A stretch of DNA of 64,000 bases from Lama guanicoe (taxonomy: Eukaryota), in NCBI GenBank assembly GCA_013239625.1, contig MU053482.1:3929922-3993921 (forward strand), written 5' to 3'. Under the pieces are notes generated by a model that worked only from the letters and a program-made list of their open reading frames with translations, was not told where the DNA came from and did no database searches. Each line of letters opens with the position of its first letter. The first letter of the stretch is position 1. Below are positions 24,050 through 36,890 of the stretch, one piece after another. Position numbers and translations under genes: made by a program.

Positions 24050-25080
24050 TCTGTGATCATATATAAGCTGGGCCTACTGTGTGTAACCCATTGGGTGGTT
24101 ATGTTATTTGATGCATATACATGCAGAATTCTAATAACTTTCTGCGGGATAGACTCTTCTATTATGACATCTCTGCTTATCTCTAGTGATGCTTCTTGTC
24201 TTAATGTCTATCTACGTATAGCTATCTAGTCTTCCTTTGATTAGTGTTTTCATGGTATATCTTCTTCCATCCTTTTTATTTTCATGCATCTATAGCTTTG
24301 TATTTAGGGATACCAAACAAAAGCCTTTGGGGTTTACCAGGATCCTTCTCTCTTTAGAAGAAAGCATCACCCGGAGATAGACGAGGTCTCACAAGGTCTG
24401 AAGCTCAACTTTGAATCATCTAATATCTGATTGTAATTAAGGTGACCTTCCAGAAGCAAAAGTAAATCCTCTCTGGAGTAAAATACCAGAGCCACAAATG
24501 ATCTCTACAATTTACACATTGTGCAGCACACAGTGAAAAATAGTCAGGCATGCAAGAAGATAAGATTTGTGAAAAATATAAGAGAAAAAAAACAGGCAAA
24601 AGACATATTCACTAAAGATTCTAACATTAGAGTTGTCCCACACAGATTTTAAAATAATTATGCTAAAAATCTCGAAGAGTAAATATCAAGATGAGAAAAA
24701 ATTGGCAGAGAACTGGAAACTATTCATGAAGAATAAAATGGAAATTGTGGAGCTAAAAATGCCTTCCTTCTTGGAAGATCCTGAACTCCATTTTTTTGTC
24801 ACTCCAGCTCTGTGGTTTCTGAAAACTTTGCTCAGTTTCTGTCTCACGATTACTGCTTTTGCTTTTGGATTTGTCCTTTGTTTCTAGGGAAACCCAAAGT
24901 GCTAGGCTAAACTCTCGTTTCTCTACTTTATTCTCACCACGTCCTAATGTTTTAAATAATCTTAATAGTTTTCTTATGCCTTCAAACAGATTTTCAAGAT
25001 ATTTTGTTTAGATTGTATAATCCTTTTTAGAGAGAGACTTGGGCCCAAACAACCTAGTCAGAAGCAGAACCCACCACAGA
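24050..25080. mobile_element. Mosaic of very old L1M/HAL1-like fragments in both orientations
   Basis: Antisense ORF2-endonuclease-like sequence at about 24130-24300, an A-rich ORF1-like block at about 24400-24760, and a 5'-end-like block to about 25075. Confidence 0.45.
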
Positions 25081-25499
25081 GTTTTTCTAAGATATTCATC
25101 TGGGATTAATTTATGGTGCAAAGTTAGATCATAATCTCAGAATTTAAAACAAGACTTTTTTATTTCCTACAGAAGAAAGGAGGCAAGTGCTTACTGACCA
25201 GAAGCTGGATGGATAAGTGACCACACCCCAATTCTTTAGCCCCTGAAATTCACAGGCTTTCTTTTATACCCGAGTATAATCCAAGGTCACCTCTGCGAAT
25301 TGCCCTATGGTCAGCAAGAGAGGAGCTGATGTTTTGATAACTTAGGTAGGGAAGATCTTATGATACTCAGGGAAAGTGCAGGGAACCTAGCCATCCTACT
25401 CCTACTTTAGAGGATTTCAAAAAGTATTTGTAAGGGATGTAGATAGAATGTGTTTTAGAGATGTCTATCATTGTGCTGAGGGTTTAACGTTCTTTGGCT

Positions 25500-28020
25500 A
25501 ACATGCTGCAAATCTTTCTTGCAGTGGAACACTAACTGATAAATGCAAGGGAGTAGCAGGGGTAGAAAATCACTATTTTGTAGCCATCATAGTAAAGACT
25601 GTATTAGGCACAAATCATCAATAGATGTTAAATAAAGGGAAAAGTTTGATGAGGAGCAGAATGTTTTGATGGTCTTAAAATGTCTCCCCATAGATGTAGA
25701 CATAAAGTCTAGACAGAACATTCTGAACTAAAGATTGTATTATCTGAAATTTAGCTCTCAATGCATGAGCTTAACAGTAGATTGGACACAGTAAAAGCCA
25801 GGTCATGAGACAATATTCAAACCTTGGCACAGAGGAAAATATTAAAACACAGGAAGTCTGGAAGTAAAAGAATGGAAAAAGATTTTTTAATTTAAACTCT
25901 AACCAAAAAAACAAAACAAAACAAAACAAACCCTTGAATAGTTATATTAATATCAGACAAAATAGACTGAAGACAGAAAACATTACTAGAGATAAAGAGG
26001 GACATTTCAGAATGAGAATATATTTGATTCAACTCTAAGATATTACAATTTAAAATGTTAATTGCACTTAATAACATATTTGTAAAATGTATAAAGATTG
26101 GCAGAACTATGAAGAGATACAGGCAAATCCACACTTAATTGGAAGATTTTAACATATTGTTCTCAATATTTGGCAGGCAGGAAAAAAAAGGTAAGGATGT
26201 AGACATTTGAACAACATGATTAGCAAAAAACCTCATAAACATTGAAAAGCGACTCCACCCAACAAATTAAGAGTACACTTTTTTTCAAGTATACATGGAA
26301 GATTTTATTCTAATTGACCTTATGCTGGATCATAAAACGAGTCTTAACAAATTTCAAAACTGAAATCATACAGGGTATGTTCCTTTTTCTATAATGCAAT
26401 TAAACTTGAAATCGATAACAAAGGCATAACGATAAATTTTGCATATGTTTAGAAATTTAGAAATACATTTGAAAATAGCCCACGGATCAAAGAAGAAGTC
26501 ACAAAAGACATTAGAAGAAATATTTGAACTGAATGATAAAAAAGGTATCAACATTTTTGTGTGCAGGTAGATCTTTATGGTAGCACAAAGCAAAGAATCA
26601 AATATCTTTGTCACACAGTTAGAAAAAGAGCAACACATTAATAGCAAAGAAAGTAAAAGTAAACTGATAATAAATATAAGCAGAAATTAAGGAAACAAAC
26701 AAGAAACAATGAAGAGAATCAACCAAACCCAAAGTTGTTCCTCTGAAGAGACTAATATCCTTGCTACACCTCTAGTGAGAATACCAAGAAGGGAGAGGTC
26801 ATCTGTCCAACGTAAGGGATAAGAAAGCAGCACTGCTAGAGATTCTGCTGACACTAAAAATAAGATGATATTATTATTAATAAGATAGCCTAGGTCTAGA
26901 TTAGGTGGGCAACATTTGAAAAAAATGCAACTTAGCAAAGGAAGATCTTCATAACTTTGGTGTGTAGAACAATTTCTCAGACAAGATATAAAAAAAGTGC
27001 CAACTATAAAGGAAAATATTACTGAAGTTTACTATATTGAAATTAAGAACTTGTCTTTTCATCACGAAACACCATTAAAAAGGTAAAACTTCAGTCAAGA
27101 GTGGGAGAAAATTTTTGCTATACGTATAACAGACTGATTAGGAGTACGAAAAGAACTTCTACAAACCAACAAGGAAAAGACAACCAGCAAAGTAGAGAAC
27201 CAGGCAGAAGACTTGAATAGGCACTTCATCAATGAAGACACCATGGAAAAGAGTTGTCATTACATTCCAACGCTGAACGCATACATACCATATGATCCCA
27301 CAGTGTCATCCCTAGATTCATATGCCACAGAAGTTCATACACATGTGGAGTAAGACTTTTGTATGAGGATATTCGTAGCTGCATTTTTCACATTGGTCCC
27401 CAAGTGGGAACAATCTCAGTAAGCATCAATAGCAAAGTTGAATGATGTAGAGCTATATGCCAGTAACATTTGGTAGAAAAGCTTGACCCAAAGGAGTAAT
27501 TACCATATTATTCCATTTATATTAAGTGCAAAAACCAGACAAAACTTAGTGTTTGGGGATGTAAGCTTAGGTAGTAAAACTATAAAGTAAGGAAATGATT
27601 GCCATAAAAATCAAGATAATGTTGCCTTTGTTGAGGTGAAAGCATGAGTGGCTTCTGGAGTGCTGATAATAAACATCTAAATCAGAGGTCAGCATGTTTG
27701 GTGCTTATTTTTGTAAATAAAGTTTTATTGGGACAAAGTCAAGCCCACTCACATGCTATTTTCCATGACTGCTTTCACCACACCAGGCAGAGTTAAGTAG
27801 TTGCTCAAGGGACCAAATCAGCCAAGTAAAGGATTTACCATCTGACTCTTTATAGGAAAAGTTTGCTGACTCTGGACCTAAATCTTCACCTGAAAACTGA
27901 TGTCACAGGTATGCCTCTGTGACAAATCGCTGCCCTCTACGTTTTTTCTTTTCCTTTGCTGTTCATTTTTGTTTTGTACGTTTTTCTGTACATATGTTAT
28001 ATTTCACAATAAAGTGATGT
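25500..28020 (+). mobile_element. Old L1M (L1MC4/L1ME-like) fragments: 3' UTR piece, ORF2 endonuclease region and 3' end, with internal deletions
   Basis: TATATTAATATCAGACAAAATAGAC, CTTAACAAATTTCAAAAC..GAAATCATACAG and GGATCAAAGAAGAAGTCACAA; ends TATATTTCACAATAAA. Confidence 0.7.
27683..27874 (+). mobile_element. MER58A hAT-Charlie MITE inserted in L1M
   Basis: TIRs CAGAGGTCAGCA / TGCTGACTCTG; core TTTTTGTAAATAAAGTTTTATTGG; near-TSD ATCTAAAT/ACCTAAAT. Confidence 0.85.
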
Positions 28021-28144
28021 TTAAACTCTATACTTAAATTCAAGTAGAGACCCCCATTGAATTACCTTACATACAGTTTTTTCTTACATCTCAGCCAATT
28101 TACACTTCATGGATTTTCAGGGTTACTCAAGAATTGTCAAAACA

Positions 28145-28280
28145 GGAATGTCCCCTTTTTACAGATGGAGAAATTAAGCTCAGAGAGATTCAGTGTCTCG
28201 CCAGGATCTCGGCGCTCAGGAGAGGAGGTGGGATTTGAACCCATTGTCTCCCACTGTAACATCTGTGATCTTTCCATTAT
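28145..28280 (-). mobile_element. MIR SINE
   Basis: CCCCTTTTTACAGATGGAGAAATTAAGCTCAGAGAG..GGGATTTGAACCC. Confidence 0.7.
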
Positions 28281-29120
28281 GCCCTGGGAAGTTGTCTCCT
28301 GGCTGTTAGAAATGAAACAAATCGGGAAAGAAAGCAAAACAGCCTGATCTTCCAGCATTTTTAAGGGCCCATTGCCAGCCTCTAAGTTTAGCCAGTATGT
28401 TTTTCTCCAGAACACATAAAAAGAAGGCTTAACTGGATCATGTTTTTAGTCTCCTGAATAAATTGCTTCACCAAAAGGCTTGCAGGGGAGGGGAAAAGGA
28501 ATGAGCTCTAGAAACTTCTAGTTCTAGTAATTTACCTGCGGTTACACAGGGAAAGCCACCTTCAAACCCCAGTTTGACTCCAAAGCTTGTGGAGGTCGGC
28601 AGGTGACTGATGGCTTTAGTGGCCACCCCGCCTCCAAACCTTGCTGCAAACCTTGGAGATGGAACAACATGATGGGTCCAAACTCTTATCCCCTGTGGGA
28701 GCTTTATCTTCTGTTTTCTCTGCAATGTGCCCAGAGTCACAGATGAAGTGAGTGCTTTTTCCCAGCAATAATTAAGGCAGAGGTGCCTTCTTGGGGATCT
28801 GCTCTACTTTGGCAAAACCTTAATTGCCTCTGCTCAACAGTTCACAAAGTGTAAATAATGGGGCAGAGTAACCTGCCTATTGTTACAACTGTGCACTCCA
28901 CTCTTTACACGAAGAACTATTACGTGGAAATTAGTCCTTGGGGGTTACTATTTACAGCTGCTGGCCTGGCACCCAGTGGAGGTTCCTAAATTCATTTACA
29001 CGGATTCCCCATCGAAATCCTCAATGGCTTTAGATTACTCAATCCAGTTCTTCAGTCTTTAAGTGACCTTAAGTTGTCCAGGTGATCCTAGCTACATTTC
29101 CTTTTCCAACATACTTGAGA

Positions 29121-29321
29121 TTTTTTTTTTAACTAAAGTATGGTCAATTTACAATGTGTCAACTTTTGGTGTACAGCATAATGTTTCAGTCATGCATATA
29201 CATACATGTATCCATTTTCATATTCTTTTTTGTTATAGATTACTACAAGATATTGAATATAGTTCTCTGTGCTCTAGGAGAAACTTGTTCTTTATCTGTT
29301 TTATATATAGTAGTTAATATT
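29121..29321 (-). mobile_element. Lineage-specific L1 3' tail fragment
   Basis: PolyT then AAGTATGGTCAATTTACAATGTGTC..GATATTGAATATAGTTC; closely similar to the element at 31709. Confidence 0.8.
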
Positions 29322-29384
29322 GGGATTATTTATGTAGTAGGCAGGGTTATGCCCAGCACTCTTGCTAGCCTTCAAGGTTATCAG

Positions 29385-29600
29385 GGGCACTGTGGACTGA
29401 TGTGCTTAATTTTGGCACCAGACAGACTTGGGTTCAAATCCCAGCTCTTCCTCTTGCTGGTTTGGTGGGGTCAGGGTTGGGGGCAGCGACATTAGACAAG
29501 TTATTTAACCTCTCAAAACTTCTTTACATATAAAACTCACAGTTGTTAAGATTCAATGAGGTGATGGATATAAAATACTGAATATGGAATCAGACCTATA
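29385..29600 (+). mobile_element. MIR SINE
   Basis: CAGACAGACTTGGGTTCAAATCCCAGCTC..ACAAGTTATTTAACCTCTC. Confidence 0.65.
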
Positions 29601-31361
29601 GGAAGTAATCATTATTTATTTTTTTATTATATGTTTTATTATATTGTTTAACTCCTAGTGTCCATTGTTATCGGATGTTTAATGAAGCTTTAATTTTATT
29701 TATAGACAGGGAGGGGCCAGGAGCAATGGGGAGGGTTTATGGGGCCCATTGGAAATGGATGGTGTCCAGGTGGTCTGAGTAGTTAGTAGATGCTTGAGGA
29801 CAGGCAATCTGCCCCTCTCCCCAGCTGCCACCAACCACCCACATTCCCTGGCCTGGGGTCTCTGCTGCCTCACCTTCCAGACCTCACGTAGTCCCACAGC
29901 CCAGGGCTGGTAGTGGTCCCTGATTATTCATAAATCTGCACTTTTATGCTCTTCCTGGCACTGGCTTCATAGCTGCAGAATTTTTACAAACCTCTGGTTT
30001 TGTTTTTTAATTAGAATATAGGAATTTAATTAGAATACAGCAAGTCACCCTTTGCTCACCACTCCAGTCCTTGCATGTTTCCAAAGTCACATTGTTCCCT
30101 CTCTCCTAGTGGCAGGGATGGGCCTCTGCCCTGCTGTAGTTTTCTTATTTAACATTTTCAAGCCCACTTATGAATGACTCACCTCCTGTAGATGTCACAG
30201 GACAGGCACCCCTATTTTTCTCACTTGATCCTCAGAACATGCGGGAGGGGTTTGATGGGAGCTAGTATCACTCCCACTTTACTGGTGAGGAAACAGGAAC
30301 TCACAGACCCAGGTACACCTGGGGTGAGGTGCCAGATCTCCTGGGTCTAAGCCAATGCCCTGAACTTCTCTAAACATGATCATTGTACCCTCCCTAGACT
30401 AGTCGTGTCTGTGGTGGTATGTCAACTCACGGGACGCCAATCCCTCTAGAGACCTGTCTCTGGTCTGGGGCAGACCCCTGGTCCTATGTAAAAAGAGGGC
30501 CCAGATCCCCTTCTGCACATGCAGACTTAGCTCCCAAACGTGTATGTCTCTGGCTGCTGCCTTCCTCTGTGTTCTGACCTGCTTAGCACCAGCCTCCACC
30601 TGTCCTTCATTCCTTTCTATGTCCAGTCTCTCCCTTGATGGTATCCATCAGCTTTCCAACCTCTGGCTTCATTCCTGGCTATTGACACCCACAATCCTGT
30701 TTGACGTGGCCCCAGCCATACCCACACCCATGTGCTGCCCTCTTGAGGAGCCTTCATCTTGAATTTGCCTCCTGGACTCTGATGCCAGCTGATGAGTGCC
30801 TGCTGGCCCCTAATGCTCTGTAAGATCATCCCAGGGCTCTTTATGCTCTAAACCTTGTCTACCTGGTGTCATTCGGGTCTCATCTGCAGAACTGAACTGG
30901 GCTATCACTCTAAGACAGCCAGGTACCTGGGCAGAATTTCTAGAAGGAAGATAATGTCTCACACTGCAGGGTTAATGCCTGGTAATCCCCTGCCCCTGGC
31001 ACACACTGCCCCTCACCTGGCAAGAGTCCAGGTGTTCAGCACAGGACCATATCTATAAGTCATCCTAAGCAAATCCGATCCTTGCTACCTCTCGGCCCTT
31101 GTCTGCTCAAAGTCCCTCCCCCGGCTTCAAAATCTCAGCCGGTTTACTTCTAGTCTGTTCTTCCTTTGGACTCTAGTTTACCTGCATCTCTGGACTCCAT
31201 TCTGCCATTTCAGCTCCTGGCTTACAGCAGGTCTGGTCTCTCTTTAGATGTGGCCCAGTGGGATGAACCATCTAGAACAGGGGATGCTTAAGAGATTAGA
31301 GTCAGGTGCCTGATTGTTTTTAAACCAATTTATGAATTTAAAAGTTATATATTTTTTCAGT

Positions 31362-31695
31362 TTTTTATTGTGGCAAAATATATGTAATATAAAATTTACC
31401 ATTCTAACCTTTTTAAGGGTACAGTTCAGTGGCATTAAGTACAATCACACCATTGTGCAGCCATCATCACCATCCACCTCCAGAACGTTTTTCATCTCTC
31501 CAAACTCTACCCATTCAACGGTATCTCCCCACTCTGCCCTTCCCCAACCCCTGACAACACCATTCTACTTTCTGTCTCTGTGATTTATGAGATGCTCTAA
31601 GTATCTCATATGTGGAATCATATAGTATTTGCCCTTTAGTGACTGGCTTGTTTCACTTAGGACAATGTCCTCAAGTTTCATTCATGTGTCAGAAC
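31362..31695 (-). mobile_element. L1MB-like 3' end
   Basis: TTTATTGTGGCAAAATATATG..AAATTTACCATTCTAACC..GTACAGTTCAGTGGCATTAAGTAC..CATTCTACTTTCTGTCTCTGTGA. Confidence 0.8.
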
Positions 31696-31708
31696 AGAGC
31701 CCAGCTAT

Positions 31709-32229
31709 TTTTTTTTTAAATATTGAAGTATAGTCTGTTACAATGTGTCAATTTCTGGTTTATAGCATAATGTTCCAGTCATACATATATATATACATAT
31801 ATTTATTTTCATATTCTTTTTAATTAAAGGTTATTACAAGATATTGAATATAGTTCCCTGTGCTATATGAAAGACATTTTTTATCTATTTTTATATATAG
31901 TAGTTAATATTTGCAAATCTCAAATTCCCAAATTTATCCCTTCCCACCCTCCTTTCCCTGGTAACCATAAGATTGTTTACTGTGTCTGTGAGTCTGTTTC
32001 TGTTTTGTAGATGAGTTCATTAGTGTCTTCTTATTTCTTTTTTTAGATTGCACATACAAATGATATATGGTATTTTTCTTTCTCTTTTTGGCTTACTTCA
32101 CTTAGAATGACATTCTCCAGTTTCATCCATGTTGCTGCAAATGACATTATTTTATTATTCTTTATGGCTGAGTAGTATTCCATTGTATAAATGTACCACA
32201 GCTTCTTTATCCAGTCCTTTGTTGATGGC
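31709..32229 (-). mobile_element. Lineage-specific L1 3' end
   Basis: PolyT, TATTGAAGTATAGTCTGTTACAATGTG, CTGGTAACCATAAG, TTTATGGCTGAGTAGTATTCCATTG. Confidence 0.85.
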
Positions 32230-32244
32230 CAACCCCCACTATTA

Positions 32245-32395
32245 AGCTAGGCATCCTTGAGCAATTTTTTTAACTGCTTGAGTTTTCCTGTCTGTAAAAT
32301 GGGAGCTGTAAGAGTGTCCACTTTATAGGGTTCAGTGACTTTGAATGTGTGGAGGACTTAAACAGCGGCTGGCTTCAATAGTGGGTGCTCAGTGA
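32245..32395 (+). mobile_element. MIR fragment
   Basis: TTTTCCTGTCTGTAAAATGGGAG..ATAGGGTT. Confidence 0.6.
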
Positions 32396-32954
32396 AGTGT
32401 AGCCCAGCGTCACTGTGTTCCTCTCTGGTCTGGTTTCAAGGCTTCTTATCCCAGGGCTCGCGCCCTGCTCAGCATGATGTTCTCCAGCCACCACACATGG
32501 AGCACCTGGGCATGGCTGGCTCTCAGTAAACCTCTGTGGCATGAGTGTATGTGGCAAACTTTTTCTCTCCCCAGTTGTGGCCCCAGAGTGTCAGATGAGG
32601 GACCAACTCACTAAGATGTGACAGGGAGAAAACTAGAGCTGTCTGAGAACCACGGTCACTTAAACTCCAAGAGTTTTCAGTGTGGTACCAAACCCCAGTG
32701 GGAATGAGTTAACAGTTTCCCATCAGGGTGAAACGGGAAGCAGCGCTGTCCCCACTGCAGAGTTGACAGGCCAGAGCATGGCTTAGCATCTCACTTTGCT
32801 GCTGCCTGGGAACACAGCTCGGACTAGGAATTTTCTCCTAACAAACCTCAGTTTTCTCATGTTTCAACGTGGACAACAATCCCTACTTCCCAGGGCTGCC
32901 GTGAGGAGTGAGATCATGACGGAACACATTCTGTGTACCCTCCACTTCTGCACT

Positions 32955-33488
32955 CCCCAGAGTCGGGAAATACCCCTTCTACCACCTCGAGTTCTTGTGG
33001 CTGGACTAAAAGTAAAATTGACACAAGACAGACTAACAGGAGAAAGAGAAACATATTTTTAATTTGTGCGTATGGAGGTCTCATAGAAATGGAACCTAAG
33101 AAATGGCCAAAGCAAACAGCTTTTATACTTTTTAGACAAGGAAATAATAAGTTTGCAAGGAATTGACAGGACAAAGAAACTTAGATTTTGAATGCTCAAT
33201 TAATGAAGACTCTAAACAGAATTTGGGCTTTGGACAGTAGATTAAAGAAGTAACAAGATTTGTTTATACATCCTTAGCCCGAATTCCCTATCTTTGGCAA
33301 TGAAGGTCTCCTGCCTCCAGGTGCAGGGAGGGCACCTTTCATATGAGATTCATGTTCTGCTTTCAGAGAGACAGAGAGGAGGGTCAGAGGGTCCCTCTTG
33401 CTTTGGCCATTTCTTAAGTAACTTTAATTCAATATAATCAATATGCCATTGAGGCACATTTTGGGGCAGCCCGTCCTGGGCCCCAACA
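32955..33488 (-). mobile_element. ERV1-class solo LTR (artiodactyl/laurasiatherian type)
   Basis: GGCTGGACTAAAAGTAAAATTGACACAAGACAGACTAACAGGAGAAA near the start; AATCAATATGCCA..CATTTTGGGG..CCCCAACA at the end; left boundary approximate. Confidence 0.7.
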
Positions 33489-33997
33489 GGGACCACCCTC
33501 CCTTGAGAACAGACTGGCTCAGGAGGATCTCAGCTGCAGGGAGCAGCACGTGATTTGCAGTTTGGATTCAATTTCTTCCTGACTCTTCTTTTTGTTACAA
33601 ACATAACAAAAGTGAAAGAGACAGATGGTAAGACTTGATTCACTTTTACCAAATGTTTTTAGAGTGCGAATATAAAACTGAAAACCAGAGGAATTGAGGT
33701 GGGTGTTGGGCTGGGGAGGCCCAGGGCTGGGACAATGTCTTCCAGTGGCCCCTCTGCCACCCTGGCCACTCCAGGGACCCTGCACTTGGTGAGGAGGGGC
33801 TTTTGCCTGGACATGGCACCTTCCCCAGGGCACACGAGAAGGCAGGGCACAGGTTACTTCCTGGCCAATGGCTCTGGTTCAGACCAAATGATACTGCCTT
33901 TCCCAGAAGAGGGAGGGCGACATCCTCCGGCCCACACAAGGGTCATCCCTGTAGCACCTGCCCTGAGCCGGGGTTTGTCTGGAACATTCAGTCAGGC

Positions 33998-34219
33998 CAA
34001 GGGTTCTCAGTCTCAGCGCTATTGGCACCCTGGGCTGGAGAATTCTTCATTATGGGGGGCTATCTTGCACACTATTGTATGTTTCGCAGAAACTCAGGCC
34101 TCAACCCACTGGATGCCAGTAGCGCTCTCCCTACCCCTCCAAACTGTAAAAACCCAAACTGTCTGCAAACAGTACCAAATGTCCCCTGGGGAAAAAGTGT
34201 CTCCTGCTGAGAACCGCCG
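33998..34219. mobile_element. MER20 hAT-Charlie MITE
   Basis: TIR-like GGTTCTCAG / CTGAGAACC; core GGCCTCAACCCACTGGATGCCAGTAGC..CCAAATGTCCCCTGGGG. Confidence 0.85.
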
Positions 34220-36369
34220 AGTGGGGCCCACCAGTTGTGCTGCCTGGGTTTGCCCTCCTCTTGGGTAGGCAAGTCAGCACCTCGTAGGTGGGGTTACCCC
34301 GCAGTCCTGTGCGAGATGCCTTTGCTCCTCTCTCCGCCCTTCTCCGCTGGCTTCCACTTGGCTGTGGCCGGTGGGGAATGAGGGAAGAGGTTGGAGGAAG
34401 GGAGGAGCATGAGGTCAGGGCTTCTATCCCTGCAGGCTCTCTCTGTAGGTAGTGAGAGACTGGCTGCCTTCCTTGCCAAAGGCCACAGCTCCCATCAGAA
34501 GGCCCTCTCCTCACTGTGACTACCCCGCGGTGCTGCCTGCCTCAGCCAGTTCCCCACGTTCTGTCTTCACCTTCTAAACTCATGATCCCATTTGAATATG
34601 TCCTCTGTCTGCTGCTGAAACTTGATGAATCCATTTTAAATACAGTGTGTGACCTTTACAAAACATTTTCATGAATGCATATTTTTTTCTTATGTTGGTT
34701 CATTTGGCCATTCATTGATTCAATGCATTGTTCTTTTACATCCAGCTGTTCTGGGCCAGGCATGGTGCCAGATCTGGGGTCACTGACATCGATCAGTTGT
34801 GGTCCCTGCCCAAACGGAGATCATGCCTTACGGGGAATCAGATGCATGGATACTTGTGGTAGGAGACAGGTGCTCAGGTGCTCTGAGGTGAGACAAAGCC
34901 TCACCCCTCCCGTGGTGGGGCACAGGGAGAGTGTGGCCCAGGGGAGAAGACGCTGGTTTTCCCCTGAAGATGTTGTATTATCAGGTGGCTCTGCTCCACG
35001 AAGATGTCCCCACATCATGGCATTGTGTCCTTGGAAGAGTCACAGAGTCTGCAGGCCAGTCCCTCCAGGCGCTGGGGACTCTGTCCTGGGAGGAGAGAGC
35101 GCTGCATCTCCCAGCCGAGAACCTCCTCCCCAGGGCCTCAGAGCACACTCACCATGAGACCCTCCACCCCTTGGCTGCCTCACATCCCAGACTGATGAAC
35201 CTTCCAGAGCAGAGAAGTCCCTCTCTCCAGCTGCCACCAAGCAGGCTCCTGTCCAAGGCGCCTCCCCACTGCCAGCCAGCTGTATTTCAAAGGTCACGGT
35301 TTTCTCCCAGTGGTTTTCTGCAGAGCTGAAGTCTCCTGGACCCTGAAATAGATTAAAATATTGATTGATTCTTAATATTCTCTCAAATCTCTCAAAATCT
35401 CTGGGTCTTATATAAATCAATGTGCCAGTTACAGGGACTTATTTCAATAATCTGCAAAGTATCCTAATAATTACTTTTGGGTTCACTCCACAGCAGGGGC
35501 CAGCCACCTCTCCATCATTTTTAAGGCCCCGGGTATAATAACCCATCAGGGGACTCTCTTTTCTTAATTTAATTACTGAGTCTCTTCAACACGGTGCCTG
35601 TTCAGCAGAAAGAAGCCCACATGTTGGAATGAGTCTGTTGGGCAGACCTGGGTCAGGAACTAAAAAAAATCTGCCGCCTCTGCTGCCTCGTCTGTCTCCC
35701 TGGCTCCATCCTCTGCCCCTTGCCCCAGTGTCCTTAGCTTTCTGCCAGTGACAGTCCAGAAATTAATTTAATAGCACCTCATTTCCCCAGGTTAAATAAA
35801 GAGCTTGTTGGATGAGGGTAACGCTGTCTGAAAGCCTCAAGCACCTCTAATGATGCCCAAGGCAGCAGCCTGGATTTCGGGAGCGGAGGAGGGTTTGGGA
35901 GGTGGGCCATGTGCCTCTCAGAATGTGCTTGTTTATTCTGCTGCAAGTAACAAAGTGACTCCAGCTCATTAGGGACTGACGTGGTTCTCCAGGAAGGTGG
36001 TGTGCTTCCAACGAAGCTGCGGATGCTACCTTATGCCAGTTCCTTCCATCTGGCCCCGGCTACTTTTAAGCCTTGGCTTCTGCTCCCACATCCTCCCGTG
36101 CTAAGCTTCAGCTAGATGCATGGGCAGCCATCCCGGGAACACGTGTTGCTCTTCTGTCATTCTTCACCTGTGAATGTATGCTTCTCTCTATCTGGGATGC
36201 TTTCCTCCTCTTTCCTCCACCCAGTAAACTCCTCATCATCCTTCAAAGCCCAGTTCCTATGTGAACTCTTAGGGGAATCTCTGTGTCCCACCCCGCCCTG
36301 TGTTTTCCTCTGTAACTAGGGATACAGGTGAGCCTCAAAGGTCTTTTCAGACATATCTGCAGGGGTCTG

Positions 36370-36890
36370 GCTTCCTGTCACCTTAGAATGAAGCTCTCAC
36401 AGTGACCTTCAAGGCCCTAAGTCATCTGCCTTCCATGGGCTCTTAGCTCATCTCCTACAACCTCCCTGGCTCCCTGGGCTTCAGTCACACTGGCCACCTT
36501 ACTGTTCTTCCAAACCCCGAGCATGGCCTCCCCTCCAGGTCCTTGACTTGAAGTTCCCCCTGCTTGGGATGCCTTCCCACCAACCTGCAAGCCTCACCTG
36601 CTCACTCTTCACAGGTCTCTGCTCAAATGTCATCTGTCCCTAGAGTCATTCCCTGACCACGGGGTTTAAAAGAGCCCCTCTTCATCTCCTCAGTCTTCTT
36701 AATTTTTTATTCCTTAATACTACCCGCTATTATACAATGCTTCTGTTTATTTATTATCTGTGTTTCAAACTAAATTGTAAGCTGTATAAGGGCAAGGATC
36801 TCTCTCTGTCGTTTTTACTGCTATGGCCCTGGAACCTAAACAGTGCCTGACAGGCAGTAGGAACATCCAGATACGTGTTTATAGTAGGAA
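36370..36890 (+). mobile_element. L2a 3' end
   Basis: CAAGGCCCTA..CAGTCACACTGGCC..AGGTCTCTGCTCAAATGTCA..CCCTGACCAC..CAGTGCCTGACAGGCAGTAGG. Confidence 0.8.

Noticed and set aside
33699..34268. Longest ORF (189 aa) as a protein-coding gene
   Set aside because: It runs through a MER20 element, has no recognisable domain, and overlaps similarly long ORFs in other frames, as expected in GC-rich non-coding DNA.
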